From Amoebophrya sp. A120 (lineage: Eukaryota > Protista > Dinoflagellata): a stretch of 64,000 nucleotides of DNA. A model generated the notes under the pieces. That model saw only the letters and a program-made list of their open reading frames with translations. It was not told the DNA's origin and ran no database searches. Shown here one piece after another: positions 1 to 9,907 of the stretch. The translations under genes were made by a program, and so were the position numbers. The stretch is from NCBI GenBank assembly GCA_905178155.1, contig CAJINV010000004.1, positions 8,268,882 to 8,332,881 on the forward strand, given 5' to 3'. Each line of letters begins with the position of its first letter. The first letter of the stretch is position 1.

Positions 1-3000
1 ATCTTCAACCCTGTCAGACCACTCCAACTGCGTGCCCGGGCCTGGGGACGTTCTGAAGAAGTGGGTGCAGAATTTGTGAACATACTCAGCCGCATGTTGG
101 CCCGCCGGGTGATAGCTGGTCCCTGGCACAAACTTCACGGCCGGGAAGTTGCGACGCATCCACGCCCGAAGCTTGCCATAGCCCTTGTTTTTGAAATGCT
201 CGAACCCGTTGTCGGCTCGCAATTTCCTCGGCGCTCCAAAGCGCTTGAAAATTTTCTCCAAACACTCGATCGCTTTCTCGACGGTTTTGTTTTCTGTGCT
301 GATTATCCAGTTATAACCACTGAAGACATCGCAAGCCGTGAAGATGTATTTTTGTTCAGTGCCAGTAGTGGTTTTGTAAGGTCCGGCATAATCGAACATG
401 ATGCAATCCAAGAACTGTCCATATTCCAGCACCTCCGCCCGCGATGAGATCAACTGCTGTTCCCGCACGTTGGTGTTGCACGCCGGGCATCTTGCGATGA
501 AGGCTGCAACATCTTTCCGCATGTTGTTCCACAAGAATCCGCACCGCAAAATCTCAACAAAAGTTGCATACTCACCCGCGTGAGCAGCCCCCACGGCCGA
601 ACGGTGGATGGCCCAGATCAAGTATTCGCGAAGCGAAATCGAACCCGAGGGAAACAGGTGCGTCAGCTCTTCTTCTTCGAACCCAGCAACCCCATCCACA
701 AATTCCCCCGTTGGAACCACCACCCTAAAAACGTGGTCGCGATCTAACCGGATCAGAACATCGTCTGCATCTCGACAAAACTGCCTCTGCTTCACATCGT
801 CGATAGCAGTCTTTGCCCGTTTCACACCCCAACGACGCGCCGCGCGTTGAAGTAGTTCTTCCAACGAAAACCGGCCCACATTGTCCAGGACCCAAAAATG
901 TTCTGGCCAGGCCTTTTGCTGCATTTGCGCAATTCTTTCTTTGGTAACGTCCACCGGAACTGCTGTTTCTTCGTCCACTCCAGGGGGCGGAGCTTGTGCG
1001 CCAAAAGCCAGCATTCCCTTGTATCCGCTTTTCCAAAATCGTCGCAGCGGCAACTGCGACCCTACTGCCCCCAACCCTGCTCCTGTTCCTGCCGAAACCT
1101 TCGACGGAGCAGAGAAAATGAATTTCTTGTAGTTCCACTGCTCCTGGATCTTGTAGTACGCTTGAGGAGGTCGCACTACTTCCACAAATTCCGGAACCGT
1201 TTCGCCGTAGCAGTGCTGGCAGAGAAGTAAAACACCATCTAACGGCTCCAAATCCGTAATCGGAGTCGCCTTTGTCGGAACCGCCCCCGGCCGGTACAGG
1301 CTTTGCAGTCGAAAAACAGTAGGTCCATCGTGAAGAAAAATTCCCTGGGCCTTCTTGAAGATAGCATTTACCCAAATAGCTTCTGGGTCGGCTTCTTCCG
1401 GTGCTGGATCCAAATCTGCGTCTTCGTCTGCCACCTGTTCCGGAGGTAGATTTGCAGGAAAATTCGCAATCGCCAGCAACGGCTCTACGTTTTCATCCCT
1501 GTTGCCCCCCTGCAAATTCTTCCCATCCTCCTCTTCGACGTCCGAATTACTGAAATTAACACTATTCCCTTCATCACAATTCGCATGAGCATCCTGTTTG
1601 TCATGCAAATCGTCCTTGTTGACATCAGCTACATTTTCGTGAATTTGCAGTGGTGCAACAGCAGATGACGACGACAAACCGTTTTGCGAAATTTCCAAAG
1701 GGGGAGCGGCCTGCTCCGCTTGTTCCTGTAAAATCGGTAGGAGGCCAGCCTGATTCCGCTGTTCCTGAAGCGCGTCAAACTGCTCCACCAATTCGGCCAG
1801 GCGAGTACTGCGCTGCCTGGTGCTTCGTTTCTTCAAAAGTTCTTCTGTTTCCGCAACTATCAAATCTTCCTGTTCCCCGATGGGGAGGCAAAACCGCAAG
1901 CCATCCCCGGGATCCTGGATAATCCGCTGTCGCACCGGGGCTACGCCACAATTGCACTTACACCGCCTACCTGGCGCCCGTAGAAGTGCTTCCCCGGTGT
2001 GTTTCGGACAAATTAGTAGTGGCGATTCAACTGTTTCTCGACCGGGATTCCACTGCGCCTTAAATAGTTTGACTTCCTGCACCCCGTCGGCGCATTGCAA
2101 ATCCCGCAGCGGCTTCGCAATTGCTTCCAGATCGTGCGCGATAAATTCTTTCGGGTGGTTGGAATGGGATAAATCTGAGCGGAACCGGTCCGGCAGCCCC
2201 TTGATCGCAGCTTCTTTTGCCTCGTCGAAGTTGCGATATAACTTCCTCGGCCCCCAAGAGTACTCCACCCGATTCCCATTCTGAAGCACTACTATTTTCT
2301 TCTTGTTCCCATCGGCAGTTGCAGAAACGTGCAGCACTTGGTTTTGTTCTGCCACCCCGAGAGGCTGCATTTCTCCTTGACCCACGCTCGGGTCTTCGTC
2401 CTTCTTCGACCCAAATAGCCATCTGATACAATCCCGAACCCCATTCGGCATCTGACCTAATACCCGCTGTAGGTCGGCCCGCACTCCTTCGCGGTCTTTG
2501 CCCTCTGCTGGGAATCTGGAAACGATATCCGCCAAAATATTGCATTCGCCACTAATGTGCACCCGGTGAATCAATGGAGATCGCAATTTCGGAAGCATAC
2601 CTTCGACCCAACGCTGAACCTTGGCTGACTTCACCTGTGACCTTGCAATCTCTTCCAGCTCCGACTCCCCCAAGTTCTTGTGATCGAAAAGTAGGAAAAT
2701 TTCGCTGCCCTCCACAAGGCTCAACCCAAAATCGCAGAACATCTTGACCCCCGCCAACTCGCGTTCAAAAGTTCCCAAATTTGCATCGCCCGCTGCAAAA
2801 CTCCTTGACTTCGCCATGATCGGACGCAGGGGCCCGAATTTCTTCTCTGGCTGAGCGATAACAAAACCCCTTCCATAAATGCTTGCGTCGAGCAAAACAC
2901 AAATTGGCCGCCCGGTAGTGCGCCAATTCTGTCCCGCCGCAAGATCTAAAGCCTTCAAAGGAACATCCGACCGGAGGGAGGTGCGCAACCGTTTAAACGC

Positions 3001-6000
3001 CTCCACCGCTGCTGGGTCCCCTTGAAATTTCTTAAAGTCCGATTTCTGACGGAGGTAGGGGCGGAGCGGATGACAAATTTCCGTAAAGTCCGGGATGTAT
3101 TCACGGCTGAAATTCGCAAAAGCAACCGCCGACAACAGCTCCGCGCGCGATTTCGGTGTTGGCCAGTTCCGTAACTGGTCGCAGCGTTTCTTCGTTGGTT
3201 TCCGTCCTTCTTCCGAAAATTCATAGCCTAGAATCTCCAAAGACTTGCACCCAAAGCAACTTTTTCGCAGGCTCAACGCAAAACCCGTCTTCTTACACTG
3301 TTCCAACAATGCCAACGACCTCGCCTTCAACTCTGCATACGAGGCCGACTCATAGCAGAGGTCGTCGATGTAGACATTGATGAACTCCTCCCCTGTCTCC
3401 GGGCAGGGAATGGGTTCGAAAGTTGAGCGCGTCCACGCTTGAAACACGCAAGGTGCCCAAACGGGTCCCAAAGGCATTCTCTGTGGGAAGTAAATTCCTT
3501 CGCCCGTAGTCCATGCCAACCATCTCTGCAGCTCCTCAGGCAGAGAAAGCTGATTATAACCAAGCGCGAGATCGATCGCCGAAAAAAGACGAGAACCCCG
3601 CCGCAAAAGCTTCGCAAAAATTTGGTCCGTTTGCGGCATCTCGTAGAAGATGTTGGTGACCAAAGAATTATATTTCCGGTAGTCCACAACTATTCTTTTT
3701 GTTGCGTGCCCCTTGCGCACTGCAAGAAACGCAGGACTGAGCATCAACGGGAAGTCATGCACCTCGGGATTGAATTTAATCAACTTGCCCTCCGCAACTG
3801 CTTCTCGAAGATTGAACTCCATCCGGATTCTGTCGAGCGGCCCCAGCTGGAATGGTCTTGGTGCTGTGGAATTGTCGACCGACTTATGGTCAGGAATAGG
3901 GATTTTGATATCGAGCTCCGGATACTTGCGCCCCGTGTCGTGAAACTGCGCGGCATGAGGAACGATCACTTCGTCCCGAAAATTTTCAAACTCTTCATCT
4001 GACAACCCCCCCGCAAGTCGTTCTCGATGTTCTGTCCAATAATTCCGCACTTGCTCCTTCCACTCCTCGGAGTCCGCAGCTAGTAGTCCTCCCGCCTTTT
4101 CCAGCTTCTTCGTCTTTTCTTCAATTTCCTTCATCAGCGCTGCGTATTCATCTTCGTCGATTTTTCCCAAGCGAAAACTACTACTACTGCCCCCAGAGCT
4201 GACCCTTGCAAAATCCGCAGTAGCTTCTTCTTTTGCTCCGCCGGAGCGAGTTATTTTCCACGCATCGAAAAAGCGAACTGCAGCCTCCTGAACCTTTTCG
4301 CACTCGGAGTGCAAACCCAATCGAGTGGCTTCCAAAATTTGTAGTAGCGGTGGGAGATGGTCCAAACTCCCATCCGTCGGTAGAGCTATAGCCAGGTCCG
4401 CAAACGGAAAAGATTCCTGTCCATCCTCCACTGCCCGCTCTTTCCAATTCGATCCAAAAACCGTTTTTAGGTACTGTCGTCTTTGTGCCTCCGGGCTGTC
4501 AAAACCTTGTTTCCCTAATACCGCTGATCGGGCTCGACGAACTTGCCTTGTTAGCCTTCCCCGCAGATGTTCGCCGTGTTCCTGCCGCCAGGCCCGAAGG
4601 TAGTCCGCAAGCTTGTGCCACTGGTCCCAATCGCAGTCCAAGTTTTTCAGTAGCTTGAGCGCGGTGTCGGGTCCTCTTGTTTCGATAAACTCCTTCCAAT
4701 CCTTGAAGTCGCGGTCTTCTCCCGTTCCTTTCGGCATCGCTGGAACGTCCCAGCACCAGGTCGGAGTGACCGAAAATTCGCGCAACACCATGCAGCTTTC
4801 ATCTTCTTGGTCTTCGGCTGCCGCTACGCATCGGGTGTTGATTTCGTCCGAAATTAGTTTTGTCATCTCCGAAGCCGACAAAGCATTTTCATCATGCAGA
4901 TCCGGTTCTGACACTGTCGGCGCCGCAAAATGCGGAACCGAAAATCCTTGCCACCCGACTGCTAGTCCCGCTGCTGCTGCGACTGCTAATTTTCCAACAA
5001 ATCTTCCTACCGACTGTAGAGGCCCACTAGCAGTCTTCTTCGCTGTTCGACCCTTCAATGTCCCGAAAGCGCATTCCTCTTCATCCTCAGCCCGCCCTTC
5101 CACATCGTCGTCATCATCTTCGCCAAAAAATCCTTCTCCGACTTCAAACGACTTATTTGCGGGTAGACCGGGAACAGGAGCCAACTTCAGGTCGACATGC
5201 TTGAGACAAAACAAATCACTAGGAACCAGCGCCCTCCCCATAACATTGGGATTAGTGATTTGCACCACCAATCTCTCGTCTTCCTGCACGGTATCAAACT
5301 GCGAGCTGTGCAGCACGATTGGCAACGTAGTTTCTATTTTCTTCGCCCTGCCCATCGGAGACAGATCCAGCACAGACGTTCCATTTTTAATACGATCTGC
5401 AGCCCACTCGGTAAGATCCACCCGGACCGTATCCCCGGCTTGCAGGATGATCTCCGACTCCGCGTCGAGCCGTTTTAGGCTGTACCCAGATCCCGTTTTG
5501 CTGTTCACGATCGGCACGCAGAACCACTGCGGCCCCCGACCCCAGTTTTGCCCGAAAAGTGTAGCAGCATCGTAGGAGGTCGCTTGGTCCAGCAACTCCC
5601 TTTTCGGGTCGGAAAGCAGAACATAATGCGCCAAATTCGCATCCAGCCCTTCTTCCTCGTCCGACACGAAAACACCGAGGCCGCGCAGGGTAGTATATCC
5701 AATGTTCACTCCGTCGGTGAGGTTGTCCAATACGAGAAAGTCCTTCTTCAAAAGACCGGATCTTTCCCCCTTGCTGTTCTCGAGCCTGAACTCGAGAGAA
5801 ACATACCGAGCGTCATGAACTGTTTCTCGAGTGCCCTCCGTGATAAACTGTTTGCGCCCAGTATTCCGGATTTCGAGACCCAATCCTTGTGCCACTGCCA
5901 AACTCATGGCGCAATTGTCCCCCCCCCTGGAGGTGGTGCCCGCTCGGTCAACTGTATTTCCGGTATCCAGGTGCGCCAAAATAGTTTCATCTCCGACGAA

Positions 6001-8685
6001 CAACTTGACGAAAACTCTGTTTGGGGATCGGCCACGCCCTGCGTCGACCTTTCCTAGTCCCATTCGTTCATCGTCAGTTCCTTCCGGGTCCATGATCCGA
6101 ATCGCAATTCCGTTATACAACTCCGAATCGTCCTCCCGAAGCTCAAAATAGCTGCTCTTGGCACAGAAATCGACAAAATCCGACTCGTGCCATCCCTTGA
6201 GAAGACCGTCTTCTTTAAAATCCATATAGATGACACCCGCGAAACCGTTCCGAGGCTCGGGCGGAGGGTGATGAACTTCGGCCGCCGTCAATCGTTTATC
6301 GCAATCCAGAACCATCTCCATCAACTCTTGTTCTTCCGGAGTCATCACCGCATTACTAGCGCTGCCCGGCTCCTTTGCGTCCAACGATTGTAGATTTCCC
6401 TTTCCCCCACCTTTGCCCTGTTTCTTATTGTTCCGCTGCGGCGCACTGTGAGAATAAATTCCGCGCTTGTTCAGTTCCTTCCAGTCGTTCAACTTCGGCC
6501 GCCAAGTTTTCTTCTGTTCCACCGTTAGTCCTTCGTACTCCTTGCGCTGCTTTTCTTCCCATCCCGGGGTGAGAAAATGTTCTTCCACAATTCTCGAAGT
6601 CGCGCCCGGCGTAGTACAAAGAGCGCGGGAACAGTAACCCGCCGGAAGTTGTGCCAGTTTTTCCAAAGTGAGGCCGCTCGCTACTGCTCGTTCTGTCGGG
6701 CACAAACTCTTTCCGGTTAGCTTCTGAAACGGATCGCAAACCGCATGCGTTACCTGTTTCCCATTCAAGTCGGAGCAGAGTTTGCACGTGGTGAACTGGA
6801 GCTGTTTTGCAAAACAAATTCGCGCATAAGCGGTATCCACGTCCGTCTCATCATGGTATCTGACGGAATGTTTCAGACCGCAAGCCATGTTGACCGTTCG
6901 CCCCTGAAGACTTGGCCCCCCCAACGGCATCAAAGCATTGCCCTCCGGGTCGTCGACATCGATGCAAGCTAGACCCCCACCCCAAGCTTCTTGTTCCTGC
7001 GCCTGGTTCAGAGCCATTGTTGCCACCGATGTCATGGCGTTGAGATAATCCCGCGTCGTCGTGTTGTGGGGTTGGAGAGAGAGATGCGGGGCCTCCGGGT
7101 CGCGCATTCTTTCCAACTCAAATTTGATTTTTGTCAGCTGCTTCTCCGGAATGCCAGCTGATAACTCCGGTCCGAGTTTCGAAGGTGCAGTGAGGCGACG
7201 GTGGAACGCAACTAGGAAATCCTCAGTCCCGGCTTTGTCGTCCAGGCTGTAAACCTTGTCCCCCTCCCTGCTGCGGAAATCCATAAACCCGCTAAAACGT
7301 TCTTCCAGCGTAGCGGCAAAATCGGTGAGATTCGACTTGTACACGACCTGCATGCGCTTCTTCTCGAAAACCTTGACCCGCGCTGGCGTTAAGTTTGTGG
7401 CCACGCGGCACCGGTAACCGAATTCGAGGATAAGAGCCCGCCATGCTTCGTCTTCCTCCATCGCCTCTCCGTGCGCCCGTTCTCGAAGTGTCCGTAAAAT
7501 GCGCCGCGCACTGGTGTTTGCCTTTGCTTGGAGTTCGAGTTGTTTGAACCCTCTGTGGAATTCCCCCCCGATAGTCTCCATCCAATCCAAAACCAGGCGG
7601 CACTCCTCGAAAACTATTGCATCGGAAGACCCTTCCAGCACTAAATTCTGTCCGTCCTCGCGCTTTACTGGTGGAAATACGTCTTGTTTGTAGTTGCTTC
7701 GAACGCCGTCCGCCCGTGCTGGAGCGCGTGGGGAGATATCCAATTCAAACCGGATCGACCCGCTCGAGAGTTTGACGGCGCACACAAATCCCGCCGGGGT
7801 TGTGAAGTGTTTCGCGGCTTCCTTTCGAATCGCTCGGCCCAGCTTGTACACTTCGAAAGGGGAGGCCGGCAAAGCGCCCGCCTTGTCGACGCCCTTGACC
7901 GTAATGCCTCCGCTTGCATTCCTGGCGGCGGTCTCAATGGTAAAACCATGAGAGCCGACCGCCAGAACACGGCCCACGACGCTGCTGAGACTCGGGGAAG
8001 CCACTGCCGGGGCGGCTCCGTCGCCGTCTCCATCCTTCGGCGCCTCTGCAGTAGTGGTCTTGCTTTTCAGTCCTTTCCCAGATACTGTTTTTTTCTTGCC
8101 GAAGATCCCGGTCTTGGTCGTGCGGTCGGTTTCCGCACAAGAAGACGCCGCATCGCTGTGCCTCGCCAAACCGCTTGAAGCCATTCTTCCGGAGCCGCGC
8201 CGCGGGCGAGTAACCATCTGTCGTAACCCCGCTGCCCCGAACGCTTTCCGGCTTGTTGCATAGCTGTGGACGCTGCCTTTTTTCGGAATGTCGTCTGCGC
8301 TTCCAGTGTGACTACTGCTCTTGCCCCACTGCTGGCTGGCAGTGGTTTTCGCCCGTAAAACAGCAAATCGCAGTCCTTTCCAGACGCAAACGCCGACCTT
8401 CTGCAAACCCGCAAAACACAGTGGCAAACAACTCGACCCGGCATCCTCCTTGGACGGGTATTTTGACGTTGCCGGGAGGCCATCCTCATCCAGAACCCGC
8501 ACCGGCGTGCGGTGTAATTGCATGTGCGAGATGGTTGAAGCCGTTCCAACCGAATGCATGCGGGAGGCGCCGACACCCGTCACCGGATCCGTTTCCGAGT
8601 GATGCAGGCTGTCCAGGTTTTGCCGCGTCAGATTGCTAGGCCGCTTGTATTTCCGGCCGCGGACATTGAAGATTTTATTCGCCAT
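1..8685 (-). CDS. Ty3/Gypsy-type LTR retrotransposon Gag-Pol polyprotein, >=2895 aa, 3' end outside window
   Basis: Manual translation from ATG at 8685 (in-frame stop upstream at 8764-8766) found no stop down to position 1, and the ORF track has no minus ORF in this frame. Motifs in PR-RT-RH-IN order: LAHLDTGN (DTG 5959-5967); RIVVDYRKYN..IDLALGYNQ..RMPLGP..VYIDD (YIDD 3361-3372); LLDAS..RPIMAKSR..ERELAG..FDHKNL..NILADIVSR (~2890-2515); IH..AH..CPAC (~605-475); FDYAGP..RADNG..HAAE (~395-85). Confidence 0.95.
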   Translation of the reverse strand, partial: MANKIFNVRGRKYKRPSNLTRQNLDSLHHSETDPVTGVGASRMHSVGTASTISHMQLHRTPVRVLDEDGLPATSKYPSKEDAGSSCLPLCFAGLQKVGVCVWKGLRFAVLRAKTTASQQWGKSSSHTGSADDIPKKGSVHSYATSRKAFGAAGLRQMVTRPRRGSGRMASSGLARHSDAASSCAETDRTTKTGIFGKKKTVSGKGLKSKTTTAEAPKDGDGDGAAPAVASPSLSSVVGRVLAVGSHGFTIETAARNASGGITVKGVDKAGALPASPFEVYKLGRAIRKEAAKHFTTPAGFVCAVKLSSGSIRFELDISPRAPARADGVRSNYKQDVFPPVKREDGQNLVLEGSSDAIVFEECRLVLDWMETIGGEFHRGFKQLELQAKANTSARRILRTLRERAHGEAMEEDEAWRALILEFGYRCRVATNLTPARVKVFEKKRMQVVYKSNLTDFAATLEERFSGFMDFRSREGDKVYSLDDKAGTEDFLVAFHRRLTAPSKLGPELSAGIPEKQLTKIKFELERMRDPEAPHLSLQPHNTTTRDYLNAMTSVATMALNQAQEQEAWGGGLACIDVDDPEGNALMPLGGPSLQGRTVNMACGLKHSVRYHDETDVDTAYARICFAKQLQFTTCKLCSDLNGKQVTHAVCDPFQKLTGKSLCPTERAVASGLTLEKLAQLPAGYCSRALCTTPGATSRIVEEHFLTPGWEEKQRKEYEGLTVEQKKTWRPKLNDWKELNKRGIYSHSAPQRNNKKQGKGGGKGNLQSLDAKEPGSASNAVMTPEEQELMEMVLDCDKRLTAAEVHHPPPEPRNGFAGVIYMDFKEDGLLKGWHESDFVDFCAKSSYFELREDDSELYNGIAIRIMDPEGTDDERMGLGKVDAGRGRSPNRVFVKLFVGDETILAHLDTGNTVDRAGTTSRGGDNCAMSLAVAQGLGLEIRNTGRKQFITEGTRETVHDARYVSLEFRLENSKGERSGLLKKDFLVLDNLTDGVNIGYTTLRGLGVFVSDEEEGLDANLAHYVLLSDPKRELLDQATSYDAATLFGQNWGRGPQWFCVPIVNSKTGSGYSLKRLDAESEIILQAGDTVRVDLTEWAADRIKNGTSVLDLSPMGRAKKIETTLPIVLHSSQFDTVQEDERLVVQITNPNVMGRALVPSDLFCLKHVDLKLAPVPGLPANKSFEVGEGFFGEDDDDDVEGRAEDEEECAFGTLKGRTAKKTASGPLQSVGRFVGKLAVAAAAGLAVGWQGFSVPHFAAPTVSEPDLHDENALSASEMTKLISDEINTRCVAAAEDQEDESCMVLREFSVTPTWCWDVPAMPKGTGEDRDFKDWKEFIETRGPDTALKLLKNLDCDWDQWHKLADYLRAWRQEHGEHLRGRLTRQVRRARSAVLGKQGFDSPEAQRRQYLKTVFGSNWKERAVEDGQESFPFADLAIALPTDGSLDHLPPLLQILEATRLGLHSECEKVQEAAVRFFDAWKITRSGGAKEEATADFARVSSGGSSSSFRLGKIDEDEYAALMKEIEEKTKKLEKAGGLLAADSEEWKEQVRNYWTEHRERLAGGLSDEEFENFRDEVIVPHAAQFHDTGRKYPELDIKIPIPDHKSVDNSTAPRPFQLGPLDRIRMEFNLREAVAEGKLIKFNPEVHDFPLMLSPAFLAVRKGHATKRIVVDYRKYNSLVTNIFYEMPQTDQIFAKLLRRGSRLFSAIDLALGYNQLSLPEELQRWLAWTTGEGIYFPQRMPLGPVWAPCVFQAWTRSTFEPIPCPETGEEFINVYIDDLCYESASYAELKARSLALLEQCKKTGFALSLRKSCFGCKSLEILGYEFSEEGRKPTKKRCDQLRNWPTPKSRAELLSAVAFANFSREYIPDFTEICHPLRPYLRQKSDFKKFQGDPAAVEAFKRLRTSLRSDVPLKALDLAAGQNWRTTGRPICVLLDASIYGRGFVIAQPEKKFGPLRPIMAKSRSFAAGDANLGTFERELAGVKMFCDFGLSLVEGSEIFLLFDHKNLGESELEEIARSQVKSAKVQRWVEGMLPKLRSPLIHRVHISGECNILADIVSRFPAEGKDREGVRADLQRVLGQMPNGVRDCIRWLFGSKKDEDPSVGQGEMQPLGVAEQNQVLHVSATADGNKKKIVVLQNGNRVEYSWGPRKLYRNFDEAKEAAIKGLPDRFRSDLSHSNHPKEFIAHDLEAIAKPLRDLQCADGVQEVKLFKAQWNPGRETVESPLLICPKHTGEALLRAPGRRCKCNCGVAPVRQRIIQDPGDGLRFCLPIGEQEDLIVAETEELLKKRSTRQRSTRLAELVEQFDALQEQRNQAGLLPILQEQAEQAAPPLEISQNGLSSSSAVAPLQIHENVADVNKDDLHDKQDAHANCDEGNSVNFSNSDVEEEDGKNLQGGNRDENVEPLLAIANFPANLPPEQVADEDADLDPAPEEADPEAIWVNAIFKKAQGIFLHDGPTVFRLQSLYRPGAVPTKATPITDLEPLDGVLLLCQHCYGETVPEFVEVVRPPQAYYKIQEQWNYKKFIFSAPSKVSAGTGAGLGAVGSQLPLRRFWKSGYKGMLAFGAQAPPPGVDEETAVPVDVTKERIAQMQQKAWPEHFWVLDNVGRFSLEELLQRAARRWGVKRAKTAIDDVKQRQFCRDADDVLIRLDRDHVFRVVVPTGEFVDGVAGFEEEELTHLFPSGSISLREYLIWAIHRSAVGAAHAGEYATFVEILRCGFLWNNMRKDVAAFIARCPACNTNVREQQLISSRAEVLEYGQFLDCIMFDYAGPYKTTTGTEQKYIFTACDVFSGYNWIISTENKTVEKAIECLEKIFKRFGAPRKLRADNGFEHFKNKGYGKLRAWMRRNFPAVKFVPGTSYHPAGQHAAEYVHKFCTHFFRTSPGPGTQLEWSDRVED

Positions 8686-8961
8686 TTTTTGTTTGAACCT
8701 AGATTCACTTCTGCTTGTTACCAAACCAAAATGTAGCCCGTAAAGTCCGTTTCCGTAAAATTCTCAAGATGCAGTTGCAAAACAAAATAGAAACCTCAGA
8801 AAAATTAGTAGTAAGTGATAATTTGTAATGCAAATTCCCCACGGGAAAGAAATAGATAGAAATAGATAAAATAGAAACTCGTAGTAAAAGTTAACTTTAT
8901 GCAGCAAGGCCGTGCGTATCTATTATTTACCCAAATAAAAATAAAAACGCTCTGGCTTCGT

Positions 8962-8979
8962 TGCCGCTCGGGTCCACCA
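8962..8979 (-). promoter_or_regulatory. Putative primer-binding site of the retrotransposon
   Basis: Minus strand TGGTGGACCCGAGCGGCA lies 2 nt from a candidate LTR end (..CA) and upstream of gag. The plus strand reads like a tRNA 3' end (..GTCCACCA, Ala-like). The tRNA identity is not verified. Confidence 0.55.
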
Positions 8980-8981
8980 CT

Positions 8982-9870
8982 TGTGATTCCACCTGATTTT
9001 GACGATTGGTTTCTTTCACGCGTAGGTTTCCCAACGACTCCAAAGACGAGAGACGCAAAAGAAAACTCAAGAAGATTCTGAACACTACTAGGAATCAGAA
9101 TAGTATTCTGTTTGTAATGCACTCCGGTGCTTCTCGTGTGTAGTTTAGGTGTTCCTTTGCCTTCCAAAATAAGCTATGCCGTTTGTGCCCGTATTAGGGT
9201 GTTTAGAGGTAAGCGTAAATAATTTGTAATGCTGAAAAGCATACAAGCCCTAATAGTTTCCCGTGGAGAAGCTAATGCATCTGCAGTGAAGGTTGACAAA
9301 CAAAGCATGAATTTGTAATGCTGGCGGCCGTTCTGCTCGGAAATGCCCGACAGCAATCTGTCATGCATATTTCGACCATTTGGTGATGATGCTTCTTCTC
9401 CTCTTTCCCTTTTGTGATCGCGCTCACCATTTAGTGAGCGGCAGTGTGGTCTACGGTTCTTGTACGAGCTAAATCAGTACTACAATTTATGACGAAGGGA
9501 TTTCCGGAACCTTTGATCGTGCTGGTGCTTTGATCTTCAGGTTGATCCTTTGGCCAATTTGTAATGCTGTTTTGATCTGCGGTAAATCTGGGGCTTTCGG
9601 AATCTAACATGTATTTGTCTTGCTAATCACGACCGAATTCTTGATTTGGGTGGACCTCACACAAAGGTCCACCTCGACAGCAAAACGAAATAAAAGAACG
9701 AAGTTGTTTCACGACCACCGCTCTGGGGGTGGTCGGGACAAGAAGCAAGACGACCTTAAAACCAGCAAAATGGAAGATTTACCCAGTAACACCGTTTCAA
9801 CAAAATCTTCACGATACGGACATGACTCTGTAATGCACCTCGAGTTCTTCTCGCTACCCAGGATTTTACA
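8982..9870 (-). mobile_element. Putative 5' LTR (~890 bp)
   Basis: Minus strand begins TGTAAAATCC and ends GGAATCACA (TG..CA with imperfect inverted ends), next to the putative PBS. The partner LTR is outside the window, so the boundaries are inferred. Confidence 0.5.
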
Positions 9871-9907
9871 CTAGTGCTCAGATTCAATTCTGTCCGAACT
9901 ACACTAC

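Noticed and set aside
1-8685. Fragmented short ORFs suggesting a pseudogene or stop-codon reassignment (reported for one Amoebophrya lineage)
   Set aside because: The fragments are off-frame or antisense shadows of one open minus-strand frame. Reconstructed genes translate with the standard code and end in TGA (PPIL3) or TAA.
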